In this document: one piece after another, positions 1-9,342 of the stretch
How positions within the stretch are numbered: the stretch's first letter is position 1
How the letters are laid out: every line of letters starts with the position of its first letter
NCBI GenBank assembly: GCA_963747935.1
Contig: CAVVGY010000005.1
Coordinates: 197,620 to 261,619, forward strand
Length of the DNA: 64,000 nt
Direction of reading: 5' to 3'
Origin: an uncultured Thermoleophilia bacterium
Lineage (GTDB): Bacteria > Actinomycetota > Thermoleophilia > UBA2241
Made by a program: the position numbers and the translations under genes
Notes under the pieces: generated by a model
What the model saw: the letters and a program-made list of their open reading frames with translations, nothing else
What the model was told of the DNA's origin: nothing
The model's database searches: none

Positions 1-472
1 ACCACCGCCGTCGAGGTGGCGCGCCCCGGCGGCGGCAGCGGCTGGCTGCGCCGCGCCGGCGTGGCGCTGCACGACGACGGCGCCGCGTGGCCGGCGCTGA
101 GCGGCGCGCGGCTCGTCACGCGAGGCGCGCCGCTTCCTCGGCCTCCCGTACCTGTGGGCCGGCACCTCCGGCTTCGGCTACGACTGCTCCGGGTTCACGC
201 ACAGCGTCTTCAGGGCGCTCGGCACCACGATCCCGCGCGACGCCGCCGACCAGATGACGGTCGGGCGCCGCGTGGCCGGGCGCAGCGCGCTCCGGCCGGG
301 AGACCTCGTGTTCTTCCGCAACGCGTCGGGTTCCATCCACCATGTGGGCATGTACGTGGGCGACGGCAAGATGATCCACGCGCCGTCCACCGGCAGCGCG
401 GTCAGCGTCGTCTCGCTGAGCTCGCAGCCCTACGCAGGCGAGTTCGCCGGCGGGCGCCGGCTCACACCGTAG
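1..472 (+). pseudogene. NlpC/P60 family cell-wall peptidase; 5' end outside window, frameshifted near 121
   Basis: Frame 2 ending TAG 470-472 reads EARRFLGLPYLWAGTSGFGYDCSGFTHSVF...HHVGMYVGDGKMIHAP (NlpC/P60 Cys/His core). Frame 2 has TGA at 98-100, while the upstream residues (..PALSGARLVT) continue in frame 1. This fits one extra base at about 121. Confidence 0.8.
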
Positions 473-483
473 AGAGGAGAGGC

Positions 484-1636
484 GTGGACGCGGCGACCTT
501 CAGACCGGGTGCGAGCGGTCACCTGGTCAGCACCGAGGATGGCCATGCGGCGTTCGTGCCGGCTCCGCTCCCGCCGGTACTGGCGTTCTCACCAGACCTG
601 GTCGAGCGACTGTCCGCCGCCGACGCGGCGCTCGGCGAGCTCAGCGGCCTGGCCGGCGCACGGCGCGACCCGCAGATCCTCGTCGCGCCGTTCCTGCGCC
701 AGGAGGCCGTGCTCTCCTCGCGCATCGAGGGCACGCCGGCCACGCTGGTCGACCTGCTGTTCGACGAAGTCGCCGCGTCACCCGACCTGGAGCTGCGCGA
801 GAACCTCCGCGAGGTGCGCAACTACGTGGCGGCCCTGCAGTACGGCGTCGAGCGCCTGGCGGAGGCGCCGCTCGGCACCAAGCTGGTGCTGGAGCTGCAC
901 GAGCGCCTGCTGCGCGGCGTGCCCGACGTCGCCTGGACGCCGGGCGAGCTCCGCACCGGCCAGAACTGGGTGGGACCGCCGGGGTCGACCATCGAGACGG
1001 CGGTCTACGTGCCTCCGCCGGTGCCGCAGATGCACGCCGCGCTCGCCGAGTGGGACACGTTCCTCGGCGCGCGCACCGGCTTGCCGCCGCTCGTGCAGTG
1101 CGCGCTCATGCACGAGCGCTTCGAGGCCATCCACCCGTTCCTCGAGGGCAACGGCCGTCTCGGCCGGCTGCTCATCACTCTGTTCCTCATCGAGCGCGGC
1201 CGCCTCTCGCACCCGCTCCTGTATCCCTCCGCGTACATCGAGGCGCACCGGGACGAGTACTACGACCTGCTGCAGGCGGTGCGCACCGACGGCGCCTGGG
1301 AGCCGTGGCTGGGGTTCTTCGTCGACGCCGTGCGCGAGAGCGCCGAGCGCGCCTCCGGCCAGGCGCGCACGCTCATGGCCCTGCGCGAGCAGTACCGCTG
1401 GAAGGTCTCGGGCCACGCCCGCCAGCTGGTGGACGACCTGTTCCGCACGCCGTTCGTCACCGTGCCGGAGGCGCAGGTGACGCTCGGCGTGAGCAACGCC
1501 ACGGCGCGCAAGGCGGTCCGCGAGCTGCAGGAGTGGGGCATGCTCGAGGAGCTGGCCGCGCGCCGCTGGCCGCGCGCCTACATCGCGCGGCCCATCCTCG
1601 ACGCCATCCAGGAGCCCCTGGAGGACCTGCGCCTGA
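484..1636 (+). CDS. Fic/DOC family protein with C-terminal wHTH-like region; 3' end uncertain
   Basis: GTG start at 484. Fic motif HPFLEGNGRLGR. As sequenced the frame has no stop until 2838 and reads through two downstream genes. Removing one base at about 1633 gives ..QEPLEDLR followed by TGA 1634-1636. Confidence 0.75.
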
Positions 1637-1684
1637 CCTCCCAGGCCGTGCTCGAAGGGGGCGCTGCTCAAGTCGGCCACAGAT

Positions 1685-2518
1685 GTGGAGGAGCCCCCGG
1701 AGCGGCCGGCCGAGCGGCACATGGCCGAGGCCATGGCGCTGATCGACGAGGCACGACGGTTCGGCATCCAGGTCCGGCTCATGGGCGGCCTCGCCGTGCG
1801 CCGGTACTGCACCGACCTCGTGTTCATGGACCGCGAGTACTCGGACATCGACCTCGTCGGTCTCTCGTTGCAGAACCCCGGCCTGCACGAGGTGTTCACG
1901 CGGCTGGGCTACGCGGAGAACCGGCTGGTGACGGAGGCGACCGGCGCCGGCCAGCTCCAGTACGTCAAGACCCAGGTGCTGGAGGGCGCCGGCGCGGGCC
2001 TCCTCGTCGACCACGTCGACGTCTTCCTCGACGTCATGCGCATGGACCACGACCTGGACGTCCGCGACCGCCTGCTCATCGACGACTACGCCATCTCGCC
2101 GGCCGACGCGTTCATCGGCAAGCTGCAGATCGGCCGCCTCAACGCCAAGGACGCTCACGACGTGATCGCCCTGGTCAAGGACGTGCCGCTGCGCCGGACG
2201 GACGACGAGCACTCCCTGTGCGTCCCGTACATCGCCGCCGCCTGTGCCGCCGACTGGGGCCTGCACGAGGACGTGCTGGCCAACATCGGCAAGGTCCTCG
2301 CGCTGCTCGACGAGTTCGAGCTGGACGAGGAGGAGGCTGCGCGGGTCTCCGAGCGACTGCTCGCCGTCGGCGAGGCCATCGAGGCCGAGGAGAAGCCCGT
2401 GGGCTGGCGCCTGCGGGCTCGCGTCGGCCGGCGCGTCGCCTGGCGGCGCAGCATCGAGGACCAGGAGGGCACGGACGTGATCGCGCCGGAGTGGGACTGG
2501 CGCCGCGACCTCGGTTGA
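1685..2518 (+). CDS. Nucleotidyltransferase-fold protein (uncharacterised family)
   Basis: 277-aa ORF. RLMGGLAVRRY...YSDIDLVG resembles the GG-x-A ... DxD signature of small nucleotidyltransferases. Alternative ATG start at 1721. Confidence 0.6.
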   Translation: MEEPPERPAERHMAEAMALIDEARRFGIQVRLMGGLAVRRYCTDLVFMDREYSDIDLVGLSLQNPGLHEVFTRLGYAENRLVTEATGAGQLQYVKTQVLEGAGAGLLVDHVDVFLDVMRMDHDLDVRDRLLIDDYAISPADAFIGKLQIGRLNAKDAHDVIALVKDVPLRRTDDEHSLCVPYIAAACAADWGLHEDVLANIGKVLALLDEFELDEEEAARVSERLLAVGEAIEAEEKPVGWRLRARVGRRVAWRRSIEDQEGTDVIAPEWDWRRDLG

Positions 2519-2550
2519 CGCAGACTGCAGGGGACCGAAAGGCGGCAGGC

Positions 2551-2838
2551 ATGGCGTACGTCCTCATCGAGCACCGGGTCGGCGACTTCGCGAGGTTCGA
2601 GCAGGTCTTCAACGACGACGCCGAGCGCCGGGAGGGGCTGGGCTGCAGAGGAGGGGTCGTCTACCGGGTGGCCGACGACCCCGGCAACCTCATCGTCGTG
2701 CTCGAGTGGGACTCGCTGGACGCGGCGCGGGACTTCGCGGGGTCGCTGGAGTTCGAAGAGGCCGTGGAGTGGGCCAGCAGCGACATCGCCACGCCGCGCG
2801 TGACCGTGCTGGACGTCGCCCTCGAGTCGCCGCGCTGA
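2551..2838 (+). CDS. Small ferredoxin-like/ABM-like protein, paralog 1
   Basis: ATG 2551, 95 aa (MAYVLIEHRVGDFARFEQVFNDDAERR..). Clear paralog of 2972-3259. Confidence 0.7.
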   Translation: MAYVLIEHRVGDFARFEQVFNDDAERREGLGCRGGVVYRVADDPGNLIVVLEWDSLDAARDFAGSLEFEEAVEWASSDIATPRVTVLDVALESPR

Positions 2839-2971
2839 GGCGCGACCTCGCGGCCCTTGCGTCCGCCGCGCCGGGGCTGCTTGGCGTCCGTCCTCACTCG
2901 TCCTTTGCGAGCGGCTCACCCCACGATACTCTGTGTCCGACACACCTTCGGGCGAGGCAGAGGAGGACGAC

Positions 2972-3259
2972 ATGGCTTACGTGGTCATCAGACACGAGAT
3001 CTCCGACCTCGAGCGGCTCAAGCAGGTCTACGCCGACGACGCCGAGCGGCGGAGGCGGATGGGCTGCATCGGCGGCAAGCTGCTGCGCGAAGTGGACAAT
3101 CGCGCCGAGGTGACCGTTGAGCTGCAGTTCGACACCACCGAGCACGCACGCGCCTTCGCCGGCTCGTTCGAGCTCGAGCAGGCGCTGCACTGGTCGACGG
3201 CCAAGGCGCCGACCACGCGTGTGCTGGTCTACGAGGAGATCCACACCTCGGCGTACTGA
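2972..3259 (+). CDS. Small ferredoxin-like/ABM-like protein, paralog 2
   Basis: ATG 2972 preceded by GAGGAGGA. MAYVVIRHEISDLERLKQVYADDAERR.. is collinear with 2551-2838. Confidence 0.7.
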   Translation: MAYVVIRHEISDLERLKQVYADDAERRRRMGCIGGKLLREVDNRAEVTVELQFDTTEHARAFAGSFELEQALHWSTAKAPTTRVLVYEEIHTSAY

Positions 3260-3397
3260 GGGCGGCGCCCCGGGGCGGGCTGACCGCGCCCGACTGGATT
3301 GCTTCACTCGGCGTCTTCGTTTCGCCGTGTCGTGGTCGTGAAATGACGGGAGCACGGGCGGCGCGGCCTGCGCCGCGGAAGACGAAGGAGACGCATC

Positions 3398-3715
3398 ATG
3401 GCCGATGACTACCTGCCCGACGTGTACGTGGGCTTCCGTCAGGACTACCCGGACGTAGCAGCCGCGCTCGACGGCCTCGGCGAGGCCGTGGACGGCGCGG
3501 GACCGCTGGACGAGCGCGGCTTGCGGCTCGTCAAGCTCGGGCTCGCCGTCGGCGCGCTCGCCGAGGGCGCCGTCAAGTCCAACGCGCGCAAGGCGCTGGC
3601 GGCCGGCGCGACGGCGGACGAGGTGCGGCAGGTCGGCATCCTGGCGATCACGACCTGCGGCTTCCCGACGGCCATCGCCGGCCTCGGCTGGATCGACGAG
3701 GTGCTCGGGGCCTGA
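3398..3715 (+). CDS. Carboxymuconolactone decarboxylase (AhpD-like) family protein
   Basis: 105 aa with RBS GAAGGAG. LVKLGLAVGA...AGATADEVRQVGILAITTCGFP is typical of the CMD family. Confidence 0.85.
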   Translation: MADDYLPDVYVGFRQDYPDVAAALDGLGEAVDGAGPLDERGLRLVKLGLAVGALAEGAVKSNARKALAAGATADEVRQVGILAITTCGFPTAIAGLGWIDEVLGA

Positions 3716-3746
3716 CGTCGCGGCGCGCCTCGCGGCGGCCGCGCCG

Positions 3747-4481
3747 TCACCACCCGACGCGGCCGCCGTCGCGGGCGATCTTCTCCTCGCAGATCCGCGT
3801 CATCGCGGCGCGCACCGCGCGCGCCGCGAGCCAGCCCACGGGTGTGGCCGGACCGGCGTAGCTCGACTCCTCACCGCGGCCGGTGCACGCCACGACCACG
3901 GTGTCGGTGGACGTGCCGCTGGCGTCGTCGCCCTCCGGCGTCTTCACGTCCCACTGCCGCAGTGTCATCGTCTTGGCCTCCGTGACCGTGATCACCGCGT
4001 TCACCTGGGCCGCCGGCGTGAGCGCGCCGTCCACGAGCAGGATCACGTTGATGGTGCCGGGGCGCGTCATGCCCGCCCGGGCCTCCTCGGCGCCGGACTC
4101 GCCGTCGCCCGCGTCCGTGTACGGCGGAGTCACCCCGGCCGACGACGTGTTGCTGAGGCCCACCGACACCACGGCGGCCACCGTGAGCGCATCGCGCTTC
4201 TCCACGGCGCAGCGCGCGTACTCGGTGTAGGCGGCCGTCATCAGGCCCACGAACGGTGCGCCGGCCCCGACGTCCTGCGCCAGGGCGGCAAGGTCCGCGT
4301 CCGGCCGCCCGTCGTACTGGTCGTCCACGTGCATGTTCAGGATCTCGCGCGCGACGCACGAGCCGCCGCCCACCACGGCCGAGCTGAGCACGGTCAGCGG
4401 CACCGCACTGCGCACGTGCACCAGCCGCGGCCCGATGTCCACGCTCACGCCGGGGAGAGGGTGAAGGGTCTGGTCGTCCAT
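3747..4481 (-). CDS. cbiZ: Adenosylcobinamide amidohydrolase (CbiZ family)
   Basis: ATG at 4481 (MDDQTLHPLPGVSV..), 244 aa. SSAVVGGG...GLMTAA...GTINVILLVDG...TEAKT is the CbiZ pattern. The ORF-track N-terminal extension to 5033 looks spurious. Confidence 0.8.
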   Translation of the reverse strand: MDDQTLHPLPGVSVDIGPRLVHVRSAVPLTVLSSAVVGGGSCVAREILNMHVDDQYDGRPDADLAALAQDVGAGAPFVGLMTAAYTEYARCAVEKRDALTVAAVVSVGLSNTSSAGVTPPYTDAGDGESGAEEARAGMTRPGTINVILLVDGALTPAAQVNAVITVTEAKTMTLRQWDVKTPEGDDASGTSTDTVVVACTGRGEESSYAGPATPVGWLAARAVRAAMTRICEEKIARDGGRVGW

Positions 4482-4638
4482 GGGTGGTTCCTCGGTCCGG
4501 GGCTCGGGCGCCCGCCATCCTAGCGCAGCCTCGGCGGGCGCAGCCATCAGAACTCGGAGTGATGGAGTCCTGTATCCCGGGAACACCCGGGGTAAGCCGG
4601 GCCCGCCCAACGAGGGCCCGGACACAAGGAGAGAGAGC

Positions 4639-4980
4639 ATGCCACTGTTGACAGGATCCATCGAGGCCGCCGTCCCGGTCTCGTTCGCCGACCGCGAGTG
4701 GCGGGAGTACGTCGGCCGCGCCGTGTACGACCGCTTCCCGGAGGGGTACGAAGACGTCCGGTCCTCGTTCGCCGACTTCGACGCCGACGCGGGCAAGGTC
4801 ATCTTCGCCGACCTCGGCCCCAACCGGTCGCGCGTGAGTGTGGAACTGCAGTACACGCCGCACGGAGGCGCCGACCCCGAGAGTGACGTCGCGCGCGCCC
4901 AGCGGGAACTGGACCGCGACCTGGACAAGTACCGAGACTTCGTGCTGCGCCGCTGCGACGAGCAGCTCTGCCGCCACTGA
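4639..4980 (+). CDS. Hypothetical protein (113 aa)
   Basis: ATG 4639 after GGAGAGAGAG. Coding-like composition. Followed by a strong hairpin. Confidence 0.55.
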   Translation: MPLLTGSIEAAVPVSFADREWREYVGRAVYDRFPEGYEDVRSSFADFDADAGKVIFADLGPNRSRVSVELQYTPHGGADPESDVARAQRELDRDLDKYRDFVLRRCDEQLCRH

Positions 4981-4990
4981 CGGATCGATC

Positions 4991-5028
4991 GCGGGCGGGC
5001 GGCCGGGCAAGCAGGGCCGCCCGCCCGC
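4991..5028 (+). terminator. Perfect 14-bp GC stem-loop after 4639-4980
   Basis: GCGGGCGGGCGGCC (4991-5004) pairs with GGCCGCCCGCCCGC (5015-5028). No clear U-tract. Confidence 0.55.
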
Positions 5029-5131
5029 GTCACGCGTCATTCCTCGCCTCGGGCCCCTGATTCCGTGTCCGCAGGCTGTTCCTGGGTATAAGGGGACTGA
5101 TTCTGTCCTGATTATCCCTGCGAGGTGACCC

Positions 5132-5977
5132 ATGAGCAGAGGCGGCGCCCCCGCGATCGCGGACCAGACGGCCCTGTCCGTACTGCTCCGGGAGCCGCGC
5201 TACGAAGTGATCCCCGTCCGGGGCATCGAGCAGAAGGTGGCCGCGCTGCCCTACGGCTCGACCGTGACCGTCACCGCCTCTCCCGCGCTCGGCATCGACC
5301 GGACGCTCGACGTGAGCAGGGCGCTGGCCGCGCGCGGCTTCTCGGTGGTGCCGCACCTGGCCGCGCGCATGATCTCCGGCCGCGGCCACCTCGAGCGGCT
5401 GGTCCAGCGGCTCGAGGGCTCGACCATCCGCGAGGTGTTCGTGATCGGCGGCGACGCGACCCCGCCGGCGGGCGCCTACGCCGACGCCGGCGACCTCCTG
5501 GAAGAACTGGCCAGCCTCGCGCACCCCTTCACGCGCGTCGGCATCGGCGGGTACCCCGAGGGCCACCCCGTGGTCTCCGACGACCAGTTGCTCGAGGCGC
5601 TGCTTCGCAAGCAGCCCGCCGCCAGCCACATCGTCACTCAGTTGTGCTTCGACGCCGGTGCGCTCGCCGCGTGGGCGGCGGACATCCGCGCCGCCGGCAT
5701 CACGCTCCCCGTGGTCGTCGGCCTGCCGGGGGTCGTGGAGCGCAAGCGGCTCGCGGAGATCTCACTCAAGTCGGGCGTCGGGGCGTCGCTGCGGTACCTG
5801 CGCAAGCACGGCCGCCAGATCGTCACGCTGGCGCGCTCGAAGCGCTACGACCCGACCCAGCTGGCGGGCGAGGTCGCGGAGTACGCCGCGGACGCGTCAC
5901 TCGGCCTCCGCGGCGTGCATCTCTTCACCTTCAATCAGGTGGAGCCCACGCGGGACTGGGTCGCCGAGCACTCCTGA
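5132..5977 (+). CDS. metF: Methylenetetrahydrofolate reductase-like protein
   Basis: 281 aa. YEVIP..VTVTASP..HLAAR..VFVIGGD..IGGYPEGHP..QLCFD matches the MetF/MTHFR fold pattern. Confidence 0.8.
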   Translation: MSRGGAPAIADQTALSVLLREPRYEVIPVRGIEQKVAALPYGSTVTVTASPALGIDRTLDVSRALAARGFSVVPHLAARMISGRGHLERLVQRLEGSTIREVFVIGGDATPPAGAYADAGDLLEELASLAHPFTRVGIGGYPEGHPVVSDDQLLEALLRKQPAASHIVTQLCFDAGALAAWAADIRAAGITLPVVVGLPGVVERKRLAEISLKSGVGASLRYLRKHGRQIVTLARSKRYDPTQLAGEVAEYAADASLGLRGVHLFTFNQVEPTRDWVAEHS

Positions 5978-6041
5978 GGTCCGTCGCATCCTCGCGATGC
6001 TCTTCGTGCCGAGCAGGCGCCCGCGCCCGAGGCGGCCACGC

Positions 6042-6977
6042 TCAGGGCGCTGGAGGCGCGTCCTCCAGTTCGTCCTCCGGCGTACCGGCTCCGGCCTCGC
6101 CCTCCGGCGCGCCCCCTTGACCGCCGGGGCGCGTGCGTGAGGTGGCGAGCACCGAGCCCGCCAGGATCAGCGGCATGCCGATCGCGATGCCCAGAGTGAA
6201 CGACTCGCCCAGCAGGGCCACGCCCAGCAGCACCGCCACCAGGGGGTTCACGTAGGTGATGACCGTGGTGCGCGACGGCCCGACCTCGCGGATCAGCGCG
6301 AAGAACAGCAGGAACGCGAGCACGGTGCAGACCACGGAGAGCACCGCCACCGAGATGATCGTGTCGGTTGAGAGCGACGCCGGCATGGTGAGCACGCCGG
6401 CCGGCGCGTACAGCACGGCCGTCACCACCAGGGAGGCCGTGATGACGCCGATCGCCGGCAGGTGGGAGAGCCGCCGGCTGATGACGAGCGGCCCCATCGC
6501 GTAGCAGAACGCGACGACCACCGTCTCGGCGATGCCGAGCGCGTCGCTGTGCGAGATGTCCAGGCCGACCAGGGCGGCGACGCCCGCGAACCCCACGAAG
6601 AGCCCGGTGAGCCGGCGCGCGCCGAAGTGGTCGGCCACTCCGAACGCGCGGTACGCAACGGCGCCGATGAGCGGCACCGTGGCGATCAGCAGGCCGGCGA
6701 GCGAGCTCGAGATGCGCTCCTCGGCGTGCGCCAGCAGCAGCCACGGCACGCAGAGCTCGAGCGCCGTGTACAGGAGCACCCACGGCCAGCTGCGCAGCAC
6801 GCGCCGCAGCTCGCCGCTGCGCAGCGCGAACGGCAGCAGCAGGAGCGCCGCCGGCGCCGTGCGCAAGAAGACCAGCGCCGGCGGCGGCAGCTCGCGCACC
6901 GCGACGCGGATGAACAGGTAGGGGATGCCCCAGATCACGCAGAGCGCGATGAACAGCAGCCAGCCTTTGCGGGACAC
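6042..6977 (-). CDS. EamA/DMT family transporter
   Basis: GTG 6977 (VSRKGWLLFIALCVIWGIPYLFIR..). About 10 hydrophobic helices with an acidic C-terminal tail. Confidence 0.8.
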   Translation of the reverse strand: MSRKGWLLFIALCVIWGIPYLFIRVAVRELPPPALVFLRTAPAALLLLPFALRSGELRRVLRSWPWVLLYTALELCVPWLLLAHAEERISSSLAGLLIATVPLIGAVAYRAFGVADHFGARRLTGLFVGFAGVAALVGLDISHSDALGIAETVVVAFCYAMGPLVISRRLSHLPAIGVITASLVVTAVLYAPAGVLTMPASLSTDTIISVAVLSVVCTVLAFLLFFALIREVGPSRTTVITYVNPLVAVLLGVALLGESFTLGIAIGMPLILAGSVLATSRTRPGGQGGAPEGEAGAGTPEDELEDAPPAP

Positions 6978-7068
6978 CGGGTCGGTCCTTCCGTCGTGCG
7001 TGGGCCGCCATCCTACCGCGCACGTGCATGGTAGGCTCCGGGTCCGTCTTGACGAGGAGGAGACCGGC

Positions 7069-7578
7069 ATGGACGTGTTCGAGGCCATCGAGAAGCGGTA
7101 CAGCGTGCGTGGATACAAGCCCGACCCCGTCGAGGACGAGAAGCTGCAGCAGGTGCTCGAGGCGGCGCGGAGGGCTCCGACCGCCGCCAACAGGCAGCCG
7201 TTCCGCATGCTCGTCGTCCACACGGAGGGCAGGGAAGAGGAACTGGGTCGCGTGTACGGCCGCAAGTGGCTCGTCCAGGCGCCGCTCATCGTCGCGTTCG
7301 TCGCCGTGCCCGGCGAGGCCTGGCGGCGCATGGACGACAAGCCCTACGACGAGGTGGACGCCACCATCGCCATGGACCACTTCGTGCTGGCCGCGACGGC
7401 GCTCGGGCTCGGCACGTGCTGGATCGCCGCGTTCGACCCGGCCGCGGCGCGCGAGGTGTTCGGGCTCCCCGCAGACGTCGAGCTGGTCGCCCTCACGCCT
7501 CTCGGCTACCCGGACAAGGTGTCCGCCGGCACGACGCGCCGCCCACTCGAGGAGCTCGTGCGCCACGAGCGCTGGTGA
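7069..7578 (+). CDS. Nitroreductase family protein
   Basis: ATG 7069 after GAGGAGGAG. RYSVRGYKPDPV...APTAANRQPF...LGLGTCWIAAFD. Confidence 0.85.
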   Translation: MDVFEAIEKRYSVRGYKPDPVEDEKLQQVLEAARRAPTAANRQPFRMLVVHTEGREEELGRVYGRKWLVQAPLIVAFVAVPGEAWRRMDDKPYDEVDATIAMDHFVLAATALGLGTCWIAAFDPAAAREVFGLPADVELVALTPLGYPDKVSAGTTRRPLEELVRHERW

Positions 7579-7751
7579 GCGCCGAGGGACCCTCGCGCGG
7601 CAGTACGACGGACGCCGCTTCCTCGTCACCGATTCCGGGGCCGGCCTTCTCTTCGTTCTGCGTCCCGACGTCGGACGTCGCAAACACCCCATGGGACGCC
7701 TGCCCCTCGCCTCTTCCGGGTAGGTAGGAGCTGTCGGTACCGCGGTACGGC

Positions 7752-8210
7752 GTGGAGTCGCAGGCAGCGCAGGTCCAGCGAGGGGAGGCGGTCGTGGGGT
7801 TCGTGGACGAGTCCATCGTGGTCTCCCTCGACGCCGCCGACGCCTACTCGCTCTGGCTCGACTACGAGCACTACCCCTCCTTCATGCGCGGGGTCGAGCG
7901 GGTCGAGGTGGTCGGCTACTGCGAGCTGCGCTGGAGCGGTCGCGTGTGCGGCGAGGTGCTCACCTGGGACGTGGACGTTGTCGACCGCATCGAGGACACG
8001 CGCCTGCGCTGGCGGGCGCGGGACGGCCGCGAGACCGGCGACGTGGACTTCCAGAAGCTGGATGCCGGTGCCACGCTCGTCCACTACCAGCTCGAGTACG
8101 AGCCCGAGCGCTGGGGAGTGGAGGAGGAGGCGCTGCGCGGCTGCCTGCAGGCGCGCGTGCGCGGCGACCTGAAGGAGTTCAAGGCGCTCGCGGAAGCTCC
8201 GCGCGTCTAG
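7752..8210 (+). CDS. SRPBCC (cyclase/dehydrase-like) family protein
   Basis: 152-aa ORF. AYSLWLDYEHYPSFMRGVERVEV...LTWDVDVV is SRPBCC-like. Start could instead be GTG 7794. Stop is TAG 8208-8210. Confidence 0.7.
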   Translation: MESQAAQVQRGEAVVGFVDESIVVSLDAADAYSLWLDYEHYPSFMRGVERVEVVGYCELRWSGRVCGEVLTWDVDVVDRIEDTRLRWRARDGRETGDVDFQKLDAGATLVHYQLEYEPERWGVEEEALRGCLQARVRGDLKEFKALAEAPRV

Positions 8211-8628
8211 TCGCGGGGTCCCCTCGCGGTCTGGACGAACTTCACGGTGACAAGGCGCGGAGATGGGCGTACAGTCTCCGGTGGGACCAACCTCCCCTCT
8301 TAGCATCGACTCGCCAGGCTTTGCTTACCCCCCGGTTGGTCCCATTTTCTTTGCCCCGACCCGGCAGCCGGCGCGTTCACTTCCCGGTGCGCGTACTACG
8401 GCAGGAATGGACTCCCGTCCGCCGAACCCCTCTCCTGGGGTCGCCGGCCATACCAGTGCTCCTTGGCTCGCTCCGCTGGTCCTTCTCAGCTCAAACGGCG
8501 ACCCCTGTTCATTGGGCGGCCACGGGTGTGTGCAGGATGACGACGAGGGGGTGCGGGTTGAGCAGGCCAGAACGAACCCTCATACTCGTGGCTTGGCCGC
8601 TGCCGGCTGACAAGGGAGTGTCTATCCC

Positions 8629-9342
8629 ATGATCGTCTTCGAAGACGTCACCAAGACCTACGACCCGGACGTGGTCGGCCTCCAGGACTTCACCTGCCAC
8701 ATCGGTAAGGGTGAGTTCGTGTTCCTCGTAGGAGCATCGGGGTCCGGCAAGTCCACACTCATCAAGCTGGTGCTCAAGGAGCTCGTGCCCGAATCGGGTC
8801 GCATCCTCGTGGCCGGCCGTAACCTCGGCACCCTGCGACACAGCAAGGTGCCGCTGCTGCGTCGCAACATCGGCTGCGTGTTCCAGGACTTCAAGCTCCT
8901 GCCGAACAAGACGGTGCACGACAACGTCGCCTACGCCCTCGAGGTGGTCGGCGAGCCGCGACGCAGCATCCGCCGCAAGGTGCCGGAGATCCTCAGCCTC
9001 GTCGGCCTCACCGACAAGGCGAACAGCTACCCACACGAGATCAGCGGCGGCGAGCAGCAGCGCGTGAGCGTCGCGCGAGCGTTCGTCAACCATCCGCCGC
9101 TGCTGCTCGCGGACGAGCCGACCGGCAACATCGACCCCGAGACCGCGGTCGGCATCATGCAACTCCTCGTGCGCATCAACCGCACGGGCACCACCGTGGT
9201 CGTCGCCACGCACGACCGCGACATGGTCAACCGCATGCGCCGGCGCGTGCTGCAGCTCGACAACGGGCGCCTGGTGCGCGACGAGCGCCGCGGCGGCTAC
9301 GACCAGGTCACCGACGTCGAGGAGCAGGAGGTGCTCACGTGA
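8629..9342 (+). CDS. ftsE: Cell division ATP-binding protein FtsE
   Basis: Walker A GASGSGKST, signature ISGGEQQRV, Walker B LLLADEPTG. Followed by ftsX with a 4-nt overlap. Confidence 0.95.
   Translation: MIVFEDVTKTYDPDVVGLQDFTCHIGKGEFVFLVGASGSGKSTLIKLVLKELVPESGRILVAGRNLGTLRHSKVPLLRRNIGCVFQDFKLLPNKTVHDNVAYALEVVGEPRRSIRRKVPEILSLVGLTDKANSYPHEISGGEQQRVSVARAFVNHPPLLLADEPTGNIDPETAVGIMQLLVRINRTGTTVVVATHDRDMVNRMRRRVLQLDNGRLVRDERRGGYDQVTDVEEQEVLT

Noticed and set aside
16-2838. 940-aa ORF spanning the first 2.8 kb
   Set aside because: It is a composite. It strings together an out-of-frame stretch over the NlpC/P60 gene, the real Fic gene (484-1636), an out-of-frame read through the NTase-like gene and the real 2551-2838 gene. 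It exists only because the Fic stop is lost and high GC suppresses stops.
4482-4638. Cobalamin riboswitch upstream of cbiZ, and also in the 51368-51536 leader
   Set aside because: No B12-box/GCCACUG core or GGUG..AAA..CC elements are present. The cbiZ spacer is too short for the aptamer plus a divergent promoter.
8211-8628. RNase P RNA, tmRNA or SRP RNA in the ftsE upstream gap
   Set aside because: I read both strands for GGAAAGUCCGG / ACAGAACCCGGCUUA (RNase P), for GGGG..UUCGAC plus a T-arm-CCA (tmRNA), and for the SRP GGAA/AGCAG motif. None is present. The region is kept only as an unexplained finding.
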